This document shows positions 62,401 to 64,000 of a DNA stretch of 64,000 nt, piece after piece. The position numbers were made by a program, and so were the translations under genes. This DNA is from Convolutriloba macropyga (taxonomy: Eukaryota): the NCBI RefSeq assembly GCF_964194025.1, contig NC_134468.1, forward strand, positions 71,114,001 through 71,178,000, written 5' to 3'. A model generated the notes under the pieces. The model did not search any database and had not been told where the DNA came from. It saw nothing but the letters and a program-made list of their open reading frames with translations. The stretch's first letter is position 1, and the number at the start of each line of letters is the position of its first letter.

Positions 62401-64000
62401 ATAGCTAAGATATCACAAAATAGGGCCGTAAATTCAGCAAGGAATATCATCAAATCCCCAATTGAAAAGAGTAGCGCAAAAATTTATTATCAGCTAATAT
62501 TACCCTAATTACGGGACCATAAATTCACTAAATAAGGAACACGGAATAAAGAATAAGGAAAAGCTTTAATAAGGAAATCACACTAAACAACTGTAGTTTC
62601 CAAAAAATGTTGGAAAAATACATTTATCAGATAGCCGTTCAAGAGCAGTATAATAAACTGTAGAGAACTCATGAAATCTCCGCCAAAAACAAATTATATT
62701 TATTTTCAAACCAAATTTTCAATTTATATCGTGATTTTAGACTCACACAAGGGAGCTCGGTCATATGCGCATAAGAATCGACCCCACTCATCCCCATTAT
62801 GGACTTAATAGTCTACCCAAAGAGGAAGAGACAGAAAAGTTTCAAAACTTCAAATACTGTTAAGCGAACCATTAAATGAATAATTCAATGCCGCATTAGA
62901 TGGCCGATGCCAGCTGCCATTAACGAAAATACATGACAAGAACTTAGATTTCAGATAACCGAAATTAATTACACCCAAAAGTCTATATTTAAAAGAAAAC
63001 AAACAAAATCAAAATAGCATCAGACAAAACCCAAACAGTACAAATTAGACTGTGCTGCAAAAAAATTCATGGGCCCTGGCCTTAATGAAATTCTGTAACA
63101 ATTCAACAAAACAGCAGAAAGGGTAAAACTCAAAAATAACTTTTCCTTTTTAAAATACTATTATTTTCTAGGTATCAACTGCAATCACTTAAAAGATTCA
63201 TTAATTCAATCTAAGTATTAAAACCATTAGGTATGAAATGATATCATTCAAAATACTCATTTTTTTATGCAATTGAGACATGTCATTATCCAGAAAGAAG
63301 GCATAAGACTACAAAAAGAACGAAAAGGTCAAAACTGAAATAAATTAACAAAACGGTGTCACAGCCGTTAGAACTGTAAGCAATTCACTGAAACATTAAT
63401 AAGGTTCAATTTCGCATTCCTATTCCGTCTACACGAAAATGATTTCCTCATTATAGTGATATTATGGCAAGGGAACAAAAAACCATCCTAAAATATCAAG
63501 AAGTCACATTTTTAAAATTGAGTATTATCAAAGTCAACAAACCATTCATTGCAAACAAAACACATATGACGGTGTCATTTCAGGTTGCTAGAAATGTAAT
63601 ACGAGCTCCCTTCACAGATACTAGATAAATACTGGCAGAAGTAAGACAGAAACTACAGTATTGAAACTATTAAAACTGTTGAGACATTAAAAAGCATATA
63701 ATTAAAACACAAAATCAGTACAAAAGTTGTATGCTTCAGCACAAATTGAGAAGACCTGTCGAAAATGAGACTAGGTAGCATGACAGCATCAAAAACAAAA
63801 AAAGGGTTATTTCAAAAATCCTTTCATTCTTTGGAATTGTTTAATTTGAAAGTTGTTGAAGTCTCCAGCTATGAACTGAAATCAATAGATTGGTTCATTT
63901 ATACATCTAAAGAGAAGGCGTAGTGATCTTTTATTGTCCAGAATATGTTGACGACCTACAACAAGGACAACAAATACTCTTAAAAAATAAAAATCTAACG

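Overview
AT-rich, repeat-dense eukaryotic (animal-like) genomic DNA. It contains two host genes, both on the minus strand: a complete four-coding-exon GINS4/SLD5 gene (53629-58543, 310 aa) and the N-terminal coding exon of an HCN-type channel (8786-9129). Positions 1-8241 are the right part of a Polinton/Maverick-like element ending in ACTACT, apparently inside the HCN intron. Its visible part is a giant near-perfect palindrome (1-4951, probably longer) folding on a 3-nt AT-rich apex at 2738-2740. It carries one intact and one broken copy of a small DEDD-type nuclease gene, a decayed PLA2-like gene and three tandem-repeat families. Ten ~943-bp satellite units (14806-27938) are interrupted by an intact L2-type LINE (23613-27310, 8-bp TSD). 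In this LINE, ORF1 and ORF2 are in the same frame, separated by a single TGA in the leaky TGA-CTA context, with no ATG before the first endonuclease motif, which suggests stop-codon readthrough. Also present are two ~2.6-kb non-autonomous Helentron-like (HINE) copies, a decayed Gypsy LTR element with discordant LTRs and a long post-integrase extension, an SGNH-esterase remnant and an old LINE RT remnant. All calls come from reading the sequence by eye; no searches were run and divergence figures are manual estimates.
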